Positions 1-14,081 of a stretch of 64,000 bases of DNA are shown piece by piece. The stretch spans positions 5,394,001-5,458,000 of the forward strand of contig OZ260665.1 in the NCBI GenBank assembly GCA_965285935.1, read 5' to 3'. How positions within the stretch are numbered: position 1 is the stretch's first letter; the number at the start of each line of letters is the position of its first letter. A program made the translations under genes and the position numbers. The notes beneath the pieces were generated by a model. It was not told the origin of the DNA. It worked only from the letters and a program-made list of their open reading frames with translations, and did not search any database. This DNA comes from Ophelia neglecta. Taxonomy: Eukaryota.

Positions 1-364
1 TATCTTAAATTGAAAAGATGTAGTTATTCAATTGAGGGAGCCAAACATCTTACTTACCTAAGAATTAGGCTTTACTTTATTGAGAAGTCATATTATTGCT
101 TTCAAGTATCATATTGTAAAATGGTATGGGGGAAAATGATGGGGTGCTTATAATGTGCTTCCATAAAATGTATTTGTATCAATAAAATAATTATTAACAT
201 TCTATGTTATTTTATTCTAATACATATTGGTTTACATATGTTAAGTGCATTATCTTATTGCAGAAGTCATTCGAACCATTCACATTGCAATGATCGAGGT
301 CTTAAAGCTGAACTACAGACTTAAAATTTGTGAAAATATGTTGCCAAAGTCAGCCGGCCTGCCT

Positions 365-600
365 AGGGGAGATGCATGAAAGTAACATCCACATTATGAC
401 GAAGGCCAGGTTATCACACCGCAACCTACATTGCTTTCCTATACGGGTTGGGTTGGCCCTATACAGGGAACACGATTAGTCTGTATGTTTCAGGCAGTCG
501 CTGCGAAAAGGACAGAGTTCAGTGGGGTACATACTGACCTCAACTTCATGGCATACACCCATGCGATCTGATAACCTGGCTGTTACTTTCATGCACCCCC
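365..600. mobile_element. Small MITE-like element with imperfect terminal inverted repeats (intronic)
   Basis: The left tgcatgaaagtaaca...gccaggttatca is mirrored by the right tgataacctggc-tgttactttcatgca; the left arm carries a 17-bp insertion. Confidence 0.5.
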
Positions 601-717
601 CCCCCCCCCCCCCCGCCCAAGGACGGCCAGAAGATATTGGTAACAAATTGTTACTATTTTTAGTCAGTAGTTCAGTTACAAGTTGCCATATATTTCAACG
701 TATATGTATGCACTTAC

Positions 718-758
718 CCGTTATGAAATTTTCTCCTGTAGCATTCCATAAATCATGC
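718..758 (-). CDS. M12B protease short exon (catalytic domain)
   Basis: ttgaag|...G|gtaagt; (K)HDLWNATGENFIT; phase 2 in, phase 1 out. Confidence 0.8.
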
Positions 759-3700
759 CTTCAAAAGGAAAACAACTAAGCTTTATAAAAAGTATTTACA
801 TCGCATAAAAGTAGTCTAGAAATATTGTATTAGAATTAACATTTAATGTAAAGGTTTTTCTCAACCAAATGAAAATTTGATATACAACGTTTTCATATTG
901 GGTGAATGTAAACATGTCACATCAAAGTGGACATGTTATGCTATTAAAACTGACTTAGTCCATAGTATGGCCAGATCCGGGTCCGCCCAGGTCCAGTTGA
1001 CTGGCGAGTTGTGCCCTCTCCAATAACTGAAGGATACCAGGGCGTCTTCCGCGATCACCTTGGTAGAGTTCCCGCCGTCTATATTGTCTGATGTCCAATA
1101 CGACTCTGATCGTGTCTGCAATCAGGAACACACCATTATACACTAATGACATAACGCAATACCCGCCCGGACTAGGCTACTTAAGTCCGCGGGGACATTT
1201 TATTTTACTATTTGTTCTGTTTGTGCGCACCTCCCTAATGAAGCTACTAACCCTAGCGATCCTGATTTCCTTCAGCCACACTGATATACTGAATCCAAGG
1301 GTGGCGACATCTACACCGTTGAATATCATATCCATCTATAAAATATATGTATGTATATTTAATCAATATCCAATTTATCAATTTCCAAGTTATTAAACAA
1401 AAATAAATACAAGTAGATTAAGAATCTAGGACAGATATGGAATGTTGATGGTTTTTTATGGACTTGAGCTCATATGACAACACGTGGGCTATGCAGAACC
1501 AGACAGATAGGCCATACGGCATCTATGCTGTGCTTTTCACGGACCGGAGTCCAAATCTTAGTAGTGTTAATGTGTATGCAGTCTTGATAGAAATCTGTTT
1601 GAACTCAAGGATGGACAAACGGGTGGATGAAAGGAAAAGACGAATCATCAATCAAGATTATTAAATCGGTTGGAAAGCATCGGGAAGCGCCATCTGCTGA
1701 CCCACAAACCGCAGTCCGCAGCCCCGCATCAGAAAGCATCAGGAAGCGCCATCTGCTGGCCCACGAACCCAATCCGCAGGTCCGCATCAGAAAGCATCAG
1801 GAAGCGCAATCTACAGGCCCACTAACCGCAGTCCGCAGCCCCGCATCAGAAAGCATCGGGAAGCGCCATCTGCCGGCCCACGAACCGCAGTCCGCAGGTC
1901 CGCATCAGAAAGCATCAGGAAGCGCCATCTACAGGCCCACGAACCGCAGTCACCAGCTCCGCATCAGAAAGCATCAGGAAGCGCCATCTACAGGCCCACG
2001 AACCGCAGTCCGCAGCTCCGCATCAGAAAGCATCGGGAAGCGCCATCTACAGGCCCACGAACCGCAGTCCGCAGCTCCGCATCAGAAAGCATCAGGAAGC
2101 GCCATCTACAGGCCCACGAACCGCAGTCCGCAGCTCCGCATCAGAAAGCATCAGGAAGCGCCATCTGCAGGCCCACGAACCGCAGTCCGCAGCTCCGCAT
2201 CAGATAGCATCAGGAAGCGCCATCTACAGGCCCACGAACCGCAGTCCGCAGCTCCGCATCAGAAAGCATCAGGAAGCGCCATCTGCTGGCCCACGAAACG
2301 CAGTCCGCAGCCGCACAGCAGAAGGTAGGCTTATAAATAATGATACCAATAATCCAACAGTAACATTGATGTCAGTTGCACTGAGAAGCAGATTTCCATT
2401 ATGTCAGTCAGTTTGGGTTGGTTGGTTGTTTGGGGTTTTACGTGGCTTTCAACACTTATCTGGTCATATCGCCACGGCGCCTACTTGTGACAGTGGGCTC
2501 AATGCCCTTTTTAGAGTTCTGCCTCACTGGAGTACCTGCCGTAGATACCATGATGTCAGTCAGGCCACAAATCAAACGAGTAAGTGGTCAACGAAGAGTG
2601 TTACATGGTAACGGGCAAAGGTGTGCATTACCATTTCAGAACAAATACCCTTGGATTGCACGTGGCAGGTCCTCGTTTCAGTAAATGAAGACTTCAGTTC
2701 ATTCATAAGCTGTCGTCAATCTAAATTTGACTTTCACCTTTGAACTTAGGTACATTGTGGTTCAACTTGTATTACAGTTAATTAGCCAAAGGACCTCTGG
2801 TTAAGTTTGAACAAAACACCATGTTACTATCAAGAGTAAACAAATGCATGGAATGAGTTTCTCTTCTACGCTTGCATGGTTTGGCCTGCCATCATCCAAG
2901 CTATAGCATGTCATCATATCAGCTGTTTTGTCTATCACGGGATTAGTTCGCATTTTTCCTCCCTCCTCTTCACCAAATAGAAACGTTGATGCTGGTTGTA
3001 AAGGCAGTTGGAGCTTTCTAAATGGTGTGATCAGGGAAACGTACCATGTGAGTCACAAAGTTTATGTAAAATGGTGTAACTTTGTTTTGTCCTTGCTTCG
3101 GAATGTATTAATCTATATTTAGAAGAAGAAAAAATTTTGACATTTGTCAGTGTATTGCTTGGCTACAACTGATATTGACAGCTGTCAGTAACACCAGCAA
3201 GTCATGTTCACAGCCTTTTCCCACGTTATTTTAGCGGATTAATGTAGTTTTAGCCACCAAATTAACTTTATTACTATCCCTGTGAATATGCAGCCCAATA
3301 GAACAACCATACAGGGGTTCTGATTTCAGCGGAAACATTAAAGACTAAAAAAATCGATTTTTACAGCATATGTGTTCGAATTAACTGGTGCTATCTATAG
3401 TCTCTATCAAAAAATATACAAAAATGTTATATAACTCTTACAGATTAACAAACAACCAGGCAAACAATACCTCACATTTGGCATTTTTCTTGACAAAATG
3501 CCAAAATTTGACTTCGTGGTTATCGGTAGATGTTAGTTTCGTCACTTGTGTAAAACAAGGTGCATTTTTAAGATGGCGGTGCCCTGCCCCCCCCCCCTCC
3601 TAGACCCCCCCCCCCCCCACACACACACACACAGGAAAGCAAGTAATAGAGCGTCCGCAAACAGATACGGCAATATTGATTAGCTGTGACGTAATCATGC

Positions 3701-6512
3701 ATAAGCATTAGATATATATCAGAACGTATAATGTGAACCGTATATTGATTTATTTCATTTATAAAATTCTATGAAGCTCACTTGATTTTATAGTAATTGA
3801 ATTGGCCAACACGGATCCAGGCATCTTACAAACGCATTAAGAAAATAACAATCAGAAAATACCTTACCTTAACGCATTTATTTAACACTTAAGCACGACT
3901 AATTTCAGCTTACCCCGTTCACTTGGTAGACAAAATACATTTTAAGCAATGAGGTCGCCTTGGTTACATTGTTCGATGCCGCAGCTAGCCAACTGAAAAG
4001 TCGTATTCAAACATATTTATACCAGTTGTTCATAACTTAAGCGTTCTCTAAACAATAAAAATAGCGTAATGAAATAAATGTTTAGGCAGCTGTATATCTC
4101 TAATAAGATTTTTGACTTACAACTCCCATTCTGTGTAATCCACTACAAAGGATAATTCCACGTGAGTATATTTGAAATCTCCAACGGGCCGTTTGGACAT
4201 TGTTTTCGAATTATATTCGTGAGGGCTGCTGTCACCACTAATAGTCATATCATGCCCTGACGTCATTGAATCGATTGTGGCATCTACAATCAATACGCGA
4301 AGTTGTTATAATACTGTCAAGAAAAGAAAGACCACAGAGATTCAGACCGCAACTAGGTCAGTGTGTGCAATTTTTTTAGTCCACCTCAATGTAGAGGGAT
4401 TGTCATACAACTCATTGTCTTTGTTAAAATCAGAGCAATGGACGTGTCGTTATACGATAGCTCACCTGTATTATTTTTCTGTTTCAGTCTCCGCAGCTGG
4501 TATATATTATGTCTGTTTAAGCTTTTTGCATCGGACTTTTCTTGTGTAGGGTTATTGGACGGCAGCAGTTCATAACGGCCGCTGGCATGGTTAAAAGTGC
4601 CCTCCTAAAGCGGTAACAAGACAAAAAAAGAAACATACCAAAAACATTTTCAATTGAGCCAGTGATGGAGTCCGTTCAAAAATGACACGCATTGTAGGGA
4701 GGGGATTAGACACCGGTCGAACAGTGGGTCATATCTACTGGTCAGATAAATTGAACTATAAGCATGAAAAGGGTTACCTCGACGCCAGGAAACGTACGCA
4801 AATCAGAACATTTACCTGCATAAATGCATCATAAAATGCGTAGCGGCCGGCATGTAAATTGTGTGTTGTGTAATGCAGTAGAAGAAGCGGTTATTAACAG
4901 TATCATTTAAAATTGGCCTTGAACAAAGAGAACAGGATCAGCATTAAGAAAAAACAGCTGGTTCTGAAATATGTTAGAAATAAACCAACCTCTTCCCTTA
5001 TTTTAATGTAATGCATTTCTCGAACAAAAAATAATATAGATAATAAATTTTCAAATACGTTTTCATCTTTGGCCCTTGGGTTGTTTACATAACGGGCACA
5101 AAGTCGGTCTGCGGCTCATCAAATTATTGAGATGAGACATGCACTTACATATTTTCTATATACTCCTCCTTCATCCTTGATTACCTTGGCAGTTAAAACA
5201 GCACCGTTAGATGAATCCTGGTAAAAGCCTACATCCTAAAGATAGGAAGTTCTTAGACAGCATATTTTTCATTAATATGACAGCAGCCCAAGAGAAATTA
5301 GGACAAAATGTAGAAGATTTAGATGGAGGAAATATCTAGACATAGTAGAGAACCTACCTGCAACGGAGGAACCCAGTGAGGCTCGGCTGGTGAATCCATG
5401 AAATAGATAGGCACGTCCAAGTTGAGTTTTCGGTTTCTGTGTAAAGTAAGATTGACGGTATTCGTTCCAGAGAATGTAACGTTTAGTGAGATTTCGGAAG
5501 GCAAGCCACCGTCTTCCGCATCCGGTCCATTTGCTCCGTTATAATCGTCCTCTAAGGTGATATGCTGGACAGTCTCATCTGTATTAAATATACGATAAGC
5601 ACACCTCTTTGTATAATTTTAAAATAATACTATGTATTGATTTTTTAGTGGGAGCATTAACATTAAAAATGTAACAGCGGAAATATCTAAGTGAACATGT
5701 ATACCAAAAGACATTTTCATAACTGCAAGATTTTCTTCTCATTATATAACGAGTTTTTGTATAATAAGATTATTATCAATCTCGGTGGACGTAAGAGCAT
5801 ATTGTATTTACTGTTTCATTCAATTTGGTGTAGAATTCGTATTGTTGTTATGGAACTTGTGATTGGTGTAATGTTCTGCCTGCAGGTGTCAGTGTTTGAC
5901 GCTTTGATCATGGTATATTGTATATTCGTATTCGATTAGCTTGACGCGTCTGCGGTGAATCAATTTCCTTTTTTGGTCAGTCAATTCTAATATAGTATTG
6001 GCGGGCATAATAATTAGGGTCCTGTATAATAAATATAAAAGTAATGATACTATTTGTGTAGCGATCAGTATTCTAGGCTTGCTGAGTTCACAGGCGCTTT
6101 ACATCAAGATAATGCCCGAACATGTGTACAGTGTGGATCTAATAAAGGGATTGCGGAATTTAAACACACAATTCAAAGAGACCTCCATCAGATGTTTAGA
6201 GGGAAAGAATATGATGTGCAGTTGATGATAATAAATAGATGAAATAATACTGTAGCTACTACTTGCGACCACTAATATTTCAGTCCTTTGCTGTTCATTC
6301 TTGATCCTTGTCTTACACACATATTGTATGCTATATGCAAGCAGGGAACTAAATGGTAAAAAGAACGCATCACGGATGTTTTCCTTAGAGCGAAAGGACA
6401 AGATTATTTTTATAGTATACAAACCTTCTAAATGTACTCCAAAGGCTGGTGACAATCGTAAGGAAGACAAACCAAAAGCAATCCAGGTCAGCCGGCTACA
6501 GAACTTAGCCAT
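718..6512 (-). CDS. Secreted reprolysin-family (peptidase M12B, ADAM/ADAMTS-like) metalloprotease, 5' part; the gene continues beyond the left edge
   Basis: Nine exons with GT-AG boundaries and consistent phases: 6512-6425, 5578-5358, 5235-5149, 4604-4466, 4283-4121, 3992-3914, 1335-1252, 1115-955, 758-718 (1063 nt). The translation gives a signal peptide (MAKFCSRLTWIAFGLSSLRLSPAFG), a prodomain (LPSEISLNVTF..VNLTLHRN; FYQD..GA), then the catalytic-domain start (HVELSFVVDY; YQVNGMDMIF; ALVSFSYW; DLAILWTKHDL). The HEXXH motif is not in the window. Confidence 0.85.
955..1115 (-). CDS. M12B protease exon (catalytic domain)
   Basis: tgcag|...AA|gtcagt; TRSESYWT...AEDALVSFSYW...DPDLAILWT; overlaps track ORF 936..1121. 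Confidence 0.85.
1252..1335 (-). CDS. M12B protease exon (catalytic domain)
   Basis: tatag|...|gttagt; MDMIFNGVDVATLGFSISVWLKEIRIAR. Confidence 0.85.
1673..2315. repeat. 59-bp minisatellite, about 11 copies, inside an intron of the protease gene
   Basis: Unit gcatcagaaagcatcaggaagcgccatctacaggcccacgaaccgcagtccgcagctcc; copies at 1961 and 2020 give the period. Confidence 0.95.
2412..2560 (-). mobile_element. SINE-like interspersed repeat, 3' part with (AACC)n tail
   Basis: Near-identical to 51646-51738 (gtttggggttttacgtggctttcaacacttat...gggctcaatgc); a diverged tail in the opposite orientation lies at 29284-29331. Confidence 0.6.
3914..3992 (-). CDS. M12B protease exon (catalytic domain)
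   Basis: ttcag|...|gtaagc; WLAAASNNVTKATSLLKMYFVYQVNG. Confidence 0.85.
4121..4283 (-). CDS. M12B protease exon (prodomain/catalytic junction)
   Basis: tgtag|...|gtaagt; ...MSKRPVGDFKYTHVELSFVVDYTEWE. Confidence 0.85.
4466..4604 (-). CDS. M12B protease exon (prodomain)
   Basis: tttag|...G|gtgagc; EGTFNHASGRYELLP...RRLKQKNNT. Confidence 0.85.
5149..5235 (-). CDS. M12B protease exon (prodomain)
   Basis: tttag|...|gtaagt; DVGFYQDSSNGAVLTAKVIKDEGGVYRKY. Confidence 0.85.
5358..5578 (-). CDS. M12B protease exon (prodomain)
   Basis: tacag|...CAG|gtaggt; DETVQHITLE...LPSEISLNVTFSGTNTVNLTLHRNRKLNLDVPIYF...PPLQ. Confidence 0.85.
6425..6512 (-). CDS. M12B protease first coding exon (signal peptide)
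   Basis: cag|ATG...GAA G|gtttgt; MAKFCSRLTWIAFGLSSLRLSPAFGVHLE; phase 1 matches the next exon. Confidence 0.75.
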
Positions 6513-6604
6513 CTGAATGAAAGCAATAAGCAACATCTTCAGCAGAAGTTCTCACAGCTTCAAAACAATATGTTGGTTTCGACAGCATATAATAGTACAT
6601 AGAT

Positions 6605-7048
6605 TCGTTATGTTCCCTGTTAGCGGACACTTATATATTGATATATTAATGACGTTCTTCATATCCTCATATTTTATGATAGAGGCGAGCAGTATTGCAC
6701 TCATTATAACCAAGATTGAATTTGTTTAGGTAAATTAGCTTTTTCATTTGAACGCGGCTTTAGAACATAGCTAGAACAGATACAATGATAATAATTCAGA
6801 GTAACAAGTCGTCTTTATATGTATACCCTTACAGAACACAGGGGATGCACTGTCCCCAAAACATAAATTCGCTATGTTCCCTATGAGCGGTCACTAATAT
6901 ATGAAAGAGACGAGTAGTATTGCACGGAAATGAAATGACATATAATTAGTATAGGTATAACGAGAACAGAAACAATGATTATTATTCAGAGTAACAAGTC
7001 GTCTTTATATAAGCCCTCACAGAACACAGGGGATGCACTGTCCCCAAA
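6605..7048. repeat. Local direct duplication (two copies, about 180-260 bp)
   Basis: tatgttccct...ttcagagtaacaagtcgtctttatat...cagaacacaggggatgcactgtccccaaa occurs twice. Confidence 0.8.
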
Positions 7049-8787
7049 GCTCAACACAAGTCACAAATCCCTACGCTTAAGAGGGGTGGCTACTAACGAT
7101 GGGAGAGGGAACGCTAATCTTGTCATTGGTGGAGGGGGAAGGGTCTTTAAAAAGGGATTACCCAAGAATTGATATAGTATAAATATATTAAAGAACTTTT
7201 TTTAATGTGACACGTTTCTTATGAATTGGAAATTGAACATTAGCATTTCAACAGTGTCTATTTGCATTAGTAGGTTTGATTTACGAAGGAGAGGTAATTT
7301 ACTTTCAACAACAATAAAAACGTTAAGAAACATAAATCCCCCCCCCCCCCCCCCATTCAAGGCAACAAAAAACATGTTTGACGGACAACTGACCACTGAC
7401 AAATATGGCTCCAATTGCACACACATACGTTTTCAAGATCTTGTTAATGAAAATCCCATACAAGTTTCCTGGACCTATATACTATATCTGTGGCTTATAC
7501 ATTCGGCGTGCAACAACCAAAACAAAATGTTTTGGTGGAAGAGGTGTCCTCCCCCTCCATTGTTGTCTCCAATAAAAGTTGTCGGCAGTAAATCGGAGGT
7601 TTACATGGACGAAATTTACCATCCGATTAAATTAATAAAGACCCATGTCACTGCACATGACAAAACACAAAGATGGACCTAATACTGCAAAAGAATATCG
7701 TAGGACTAAGAAGTGAGTGGTGAGTCATTAAAAGATCAGACATGACACGCCTATGTTGACGTTATTGGCGTCTTTTATAGAGAAGAACCTCTGTATGATA
7801 GTAAACTATATATTTTTGTACACCAAAATGATACAGAGAAAATATACTGTTATCTTGACTACTACTTTTTAATATGAGTTTTTATCCATGTAATTGGTCT
7901 ACTTAAGGGTTCAGGTCAAAATTCCCAGCTTATTTGGTGCCTACTTATTTGCAAATTCATGAAAATAGAATAAGACAGAGATGAAATAAGTCCCAAGAAA
8001 GACAAAGATGGTGTAAGCTCTCTCATAACATTTAGAATCTAGATGAAGATGTCTCAGTAAACACTAGACCTAAGATTGGTATACAAGGTACCTGAATACT
8101 TAGCAGGAAAATAGCATAAATCTCCTCGATAGCAGTATATTGCTATTTAAAGTGAGCCAGTCACGCTTTTATTTTAACAGAGCACGTGCTTCTCCTTCAT
8201 ATATAATATCAATTATAAGCGGAATTGAGCCCTCAAGCCATTGAAGATTTTTACTGCGTTGGTGTAAACACAATGGCAACTAGAACCTGCGCAGTCTAAA
8301 GGAGAGTCAGCCATCTGAGTTGGACTCTCTTCACGCCTGATGAAATCCGTAATCCGATTCCATAAATCTTCAACGCAAGTGTTATGATTAGTAATTTTGG
8401 TGTAATATTTATACGTGTATTTGAGAAATGCACTTTATAGCCTGCATATTTCGTATCCCTTGGTCAGTAATTTTGATACCAGGTTTACGTGTCTCCCGTT
8501 AAAATTAGGTAGAAAAAAAACACAAGTATTTACAAATGCCACAGGTCTCGAAGTTCACCCAATCTGCTTGAGAAAAGCGAATATTGTCATGGTTTATTCT
8601 TATAGGGTGTATCTTAAGACAGCCATTGCTTTTATCCAAACAACGTGTCTAAAACTTCAGAGCGAGTGTTTCTTAGTTTTGCGTTGAACCATAACAAACA
8701 CACATGATTGTAAGTTCAATACCTGATGGTAATTAACTTAACTTGACGATAATTAAAACACCTGATTATTACATAGACACCTTTCGG

Positions 8788-8789
<2 letters not shown>

Positions 8790-8856
<67 letters not shown>
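8790..8856. repeat. (TA)n microsatellite
   Basis: About 33 perfect TA units. Confidence 0.98.
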
Positions 8857-8864
<8 letters not shown>

Positions 8865-11800
8865 TATGTACATTTGTAATTTGTGACTGAAGAAATGCAG
8901 TAGCAATGAAATATATTTGACACTATAGCCAACGTGGTACTGGTTTTTAATTTTACTTGCATATATTTATTTTCCACACAAAGGTTTGTACGTGGTTTAA
9001 TTTTTGTATAAATACACCATTGGTAACTCAACTTGATGCATCAAGAAGCCATAGCGATTAATAATACCCACGATGCATTACAACTTAAACACGTACTACA
9101 AAAATGCATGACAAATTTAACTACTATTTTGTCAGAGGTCAGTGCACGATTGCTACTAAAAGATTTTAACTGCAACATTATGACCGACTGCATTGATACA
9201 AATATGCTTAGAAATTCTGCACCACCTTTATAATTTGCTTCACGCTTGGCAGACTTAAACATAGCGAAATAAAAACATTACAAGTACTGTTGTGCCTAGA
9301 TAAAGAGAGAGTGCTTTGCATACAAATTGCATGCATGGATATAATGTATTTGCAAATTCAACATATATAAATCTGGCTATCTGTCAACAAGTAATCACAC
9401 CGTGAATAGTACACTTTGCGTCTTAAAATGAAGGTAGATATCTCGGATAAGAAAGACAAGCAGCAATGAGGATTAACATACAAGTGAATCTTAAGGGGAC
9501 TCTGCAATGGCATAAAAGCTAATCCTTAATTTTGGCAGAGGTCAGTCGGGTTGGGGTGAGAGTGAGGGACAATGTCGTGGTTTGTAATGTTAGTATGATT
9601 TGTGTATGGGTGGATGGGCATGTGTGTTTGAGGAAAGCTACGTTAACTTATGACATGGCGTTTTGTGTGTGGAAGATGGCAGGAGGGGGGGGGGGGGGAG
9701 GGCTGTTTGCTTATGCAGAGGTACACGCATTAGTTTATGTTGTGGGCGTGCCTGCGTGCGTTTTTGTTGGGGGAAGGGCGCTATGTCAGGAGGGGAGGGC
9801 TGTTTGAAGACTGGTAACTGTTGATAAGCTATGTGAGTGATATGGATACGAAAGGTGGAGGAGGTAGACGGGCCACGGTTAGAGAGTCTATGTTTGTGGA
9901 CACGTGTTTACTGGCGAACTTTACAGCTATCAATGGAGTACATATTAATGCTTGTCGTATCTAAGTTATGTGTAAAACACTACTCCATGGCGACATTCTT
10001 TGCCAAAAGACGGAAGAGTGTGGTCGAGGGAGGTGGAAGAAGTAAAAATGGGGGGGGGGGTAAGGTGGGGGGGGGGGTAGGATGTGGAACAATGATAATA
10101 TACTATAAAGAATATATAATATATATGGTTTGTAGTAACGCTAATAATGATAGTAGACATACGATGACGGTCCTAATTTCGTTTCATTTTGCCGCTTAGC
10201 CAGATTGGCCTTTTCCTTTGGTTCAAAGTGGACCGTCAGTAACCCCCAACTGATATCACATGCAAAAGTAATCAGTTTTCCATGATTGATTCGTGTCAAA
10301 CCACAAAACAGACGAGTCGGGGTCAACGTAGGATAAAGGGAGGGAGGTCCAAACCACACCAGTTGACCCAACTCTTAGGTATGTGCAGGGCAATGAAACT
10401 ATCCAGACCACCAAACCACAGCCGCCCCTTCATTGAAAATAATCATGGGAGGGGAGTGAGCTAGCAGGTCCAAGCTTAGGATGGGGAGTGTGGACATTAT
10501 GTGGAAATCCCGTACTTTTATATTTCAACTCAAATTCGGGCATAACCGTACTACGCCTTTACACCAAACCATTTAGAGCCGCCCCTGAAATGGACTTATA
10601 ATAGAGCGCGTGTTGGAGAGGGATGAGGAATCTATATATCTTCCATGAGCCGACACTCTGTTTTACAACTAAAACGAAGTCCCAAAACTGAACGAATATA
10701 TTCTGCCTGCAGAGGGAAGTGGGTTAGAGAATGGGGTGGGGTTGGGTTACGAGTGGTGCGCACTTTTTGGCCTTATTGCCCTAAAGCCTAAACGCGCATC
10801 TATATTATAAAATAGTTATGACAGTTTGATGATGTAATTCACTAAACATAAGGAGTGGTCATTTGGTTAACTTAAAGAAAAAAATTTAAAATGGCCAGGC
10901 TTGATGAGCACCCTCCTTCGTCCCACTGACTGCCTCGATTTCTTATCATGAGATTGTTATTAGTTTGAAATGGTTTGTTATTGCGTTACGAGTAACATTG
11001 GGTCGCTAAAAAGTGTTTTTTTTTCTATAATTTAATTTTAAATAAAAAACGGCTATGAAGCCTAATATGATGATCCTAGGGCCCACAAACAATTTAAACC
11101 GTAATTTCTACGGCAATAATGTTGACATCAACATAGAGTCATGAAAGAGCTATATTGGTGGCAGTTTCAACCAAAGCCTATTGAAAAAAATAGGTTTTTC
11201 TATAGTATTACTATTTATTCAGTTGGGGAGTGAGAGCAACCACCCCCCCCCTCCACCCCCATTGTACCACACCCGTCCACCAGCCGCACAACGAGTCCGC
11301 GAATGCGCCCCGGATCGGCATGGGTGGCGTCCTGTGCCTCCCAATGAACATATATGATTAAGGATCACAAACAATTGAAAATAGATATTACTTTTGAATA
11401 GCAAATAAGGCTGGATCACATATTATCATACTGTTTACATCAACACCTTATAAGGCGCGTATATATAAATTCACAAACGTTTTACATGTATGGGTAAGCG
11501 AAATAATGTGCGTATACAATATAGTCAAGGATCCATATGTTATTTGTTAGTAATCTCTATAAAAGTCAGGGGAACCCTTGCTATAACCGCTGAACAAGGA
11601 AGTTTCAGCTACGTCAGGGGTATATTTAGCCCCACAGCACACATTATTCATGATACAAGTAATACATACCGACCATATATTATACACCACTGCGTTGCGC
11701 TGGGAAATTGTTGGAATTCGTTTTGTAAATTTAATATTTCAATTTATGACTAAAGAGATTTCTATGCAAATGTTCCTTTTAACACATAACATATTTGCTT

Positions 11801-14081
11801 CCCAATATGGGAATAATGTATATATAAATTATAATAGCTAACCTACCTATAGTCTATTGTGACTCGTGGACTAAGCATGTACACAACGCTTGCTGCCTCC
11901 AGCCTGTAAACACGCTGCCTCCAGTTTGAACAACGGAGAACTGAATAAACACTTGACGCACATAACGCCGCTACCGAACCCAGTCACTCAATACAATGGG
12001 TCATAGGCAGATTTACTGGCTTGGATGTAATGGTTCAGTACGCCCAGACACACGTTCGAGAATTGCTAGTTATCTTACCACTAGGAAGTTTCATCGCGAA
12101 GTAATTTGATGAAAACATTGCTTTCAGATAAATTTTCTACAGAGCGTATTATAGAAAACGTTTGATATTACAGGGTGTTCACTATAAGAATAAAACAGTT
12201 TATATTTGAATTGTTAGTGGTGTGCAACTATTATTTCACTTGTCGCATGCTTGATTTATTGTGGTATATACATACATCAATTATTTAAGTTTCAGGAGGT
12301 CCAAGGGGGCACCCAGTAAGTAGCTCATTTGTCCGCACACAGATCCTCTCATGAACCTGACCTCCTTTTGTCGTAACGTGTGAGGGTCCTGGCTGCAAAG
12401 TCTACTGAACCGCTCTAATTATGACTCATCAGATCAGCTCCAATATTTCAGTGGATTGATAATAATAGGCCGCAATATCACATCAAAGTATGTTAGCCTC
12501 GTATATAAATCCAGGGGTACTGATAGTTGACTTTGCTTTGTCTGCCCGGTGTTCACCCCTGTTATTCTTCATTATCTCGCCCTTGTCATAACACGAGGAA
12601 AATGACCGGAATCGAAGCCTAATGAAAACCAAAAAAAAAACTATTTAGCCATACATTTTCTATAGTTGAATATAAACTAGGGAGATGTGTTCTTCCTGTT
12701 TACCACACACGGGCAAGTGGTAATGGCCAAACTTCATAGGCAGGCCATGAGAAAACTGTGGAGTTTATTTTATTTGCATTTTCTGACTAAGGACATGGCC
12801 GAGTATTTTACACATACGTCACCAACATTAACAATGCGGCATAGACAAGAGTTAGTCCTAGCCATCAACATGTTTCAACAAAAATAACTGTTTAATAAGC
12901 AATTACAATCCATCTTGTCATATATATGTATGTTTATATTCAATTCAATTCAAAAAAGATTTAATATGTAATATTACATCGCTATTGTATTAAATACATT
13001 GCAAACAAGAAATACAATGGCAAAGGGAGTTATATACTCCTACTGGAGTACGTACTCCATCATGTCACACTCATTAATTAATTATAACAGAAAATTACCA
13101 AACCGTGCCAAAAAATGTGCAAGTACATGTATATGATCAGAAATGATTCGCAATATATTATATATAAGTATAGGGCATTCCTGCATGTTTTATTAACTTG
13201 CTTTGAACTCGTCCCTTTGATTGCCGTCTATACACAGATCTTGCCTATCATATACGACATATCATGGCATAAATCAAAAGAAACAGAAATACAACCAACC
13301 GCTGTTTCAATTATGAAACAGATATTTATATATATTTAATGATAATCTGATTTTTTTATAATTGTCAACTGACAAAAACATGGCCTAAATCTCAGTAGCA
13401 ATAAACTCGGCCCTTTGCCTTTTAGTTGCCCTGACCTTAACAAGTTCCGTGCACAACTATGTGGAGTAATACCGGGCAATATTGTCATATTCAACATTGT
13501 AAGGTTGCGATTCTGTCCCTGTGATATACTGTGAAGGTAACAGGGGAAAGACATAAACAGTATATCTCTAAAGTTAGATAAAATCTAGGTTTGTGCGTTG
13601 CGGCTTTATAACTGGATGTAAATAAAATTCTTTATCGGCGGGATGAATTACAAGATACATAATTGTGATGCCTTTTAATCATATATCACGTTAAGACAAA
13701 AGTGACTGTATTCGGCACTGTAGCGCTGCACTGTACATTCGGAGCTGCTGCTGTGGTTCTAATACTGGGAGCGGGTGCCACGTTAGTGAAGGTAGGGTTA
13801 GTGCATTGTTCCCTAGCAGCGCAACGCCAAACCGCGCAGCGCTGAATACAAGGAGCCAAAGGGACCGTGAATTACCTTAGCGATACAGGATACATGTGAT
13901 TAATATAAGCATATGCTAAACAGAAAACTAATGCGGTCTGCGTTTTCTCTGCTTTATCTTATTCAATGATTTCACAGCGGGTGTATACACTGTTAGTTCA
14001 TCAACTGCATGCATCAAGAAGCAATAGAGACTATTTAATCCTGCGATGCAATGCAAGGTACAAAACGTGCCAGATGGTCAT

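Noticed and set aside
50-100. Further protease exon at the gtaagt donor near position 57
   Set aside because: All three frames upstream of the donor contain stops.
8753-9031. ORF with a YIYIYI tract
   Set aside because: It is a translation of the (TA)n microsatellite.
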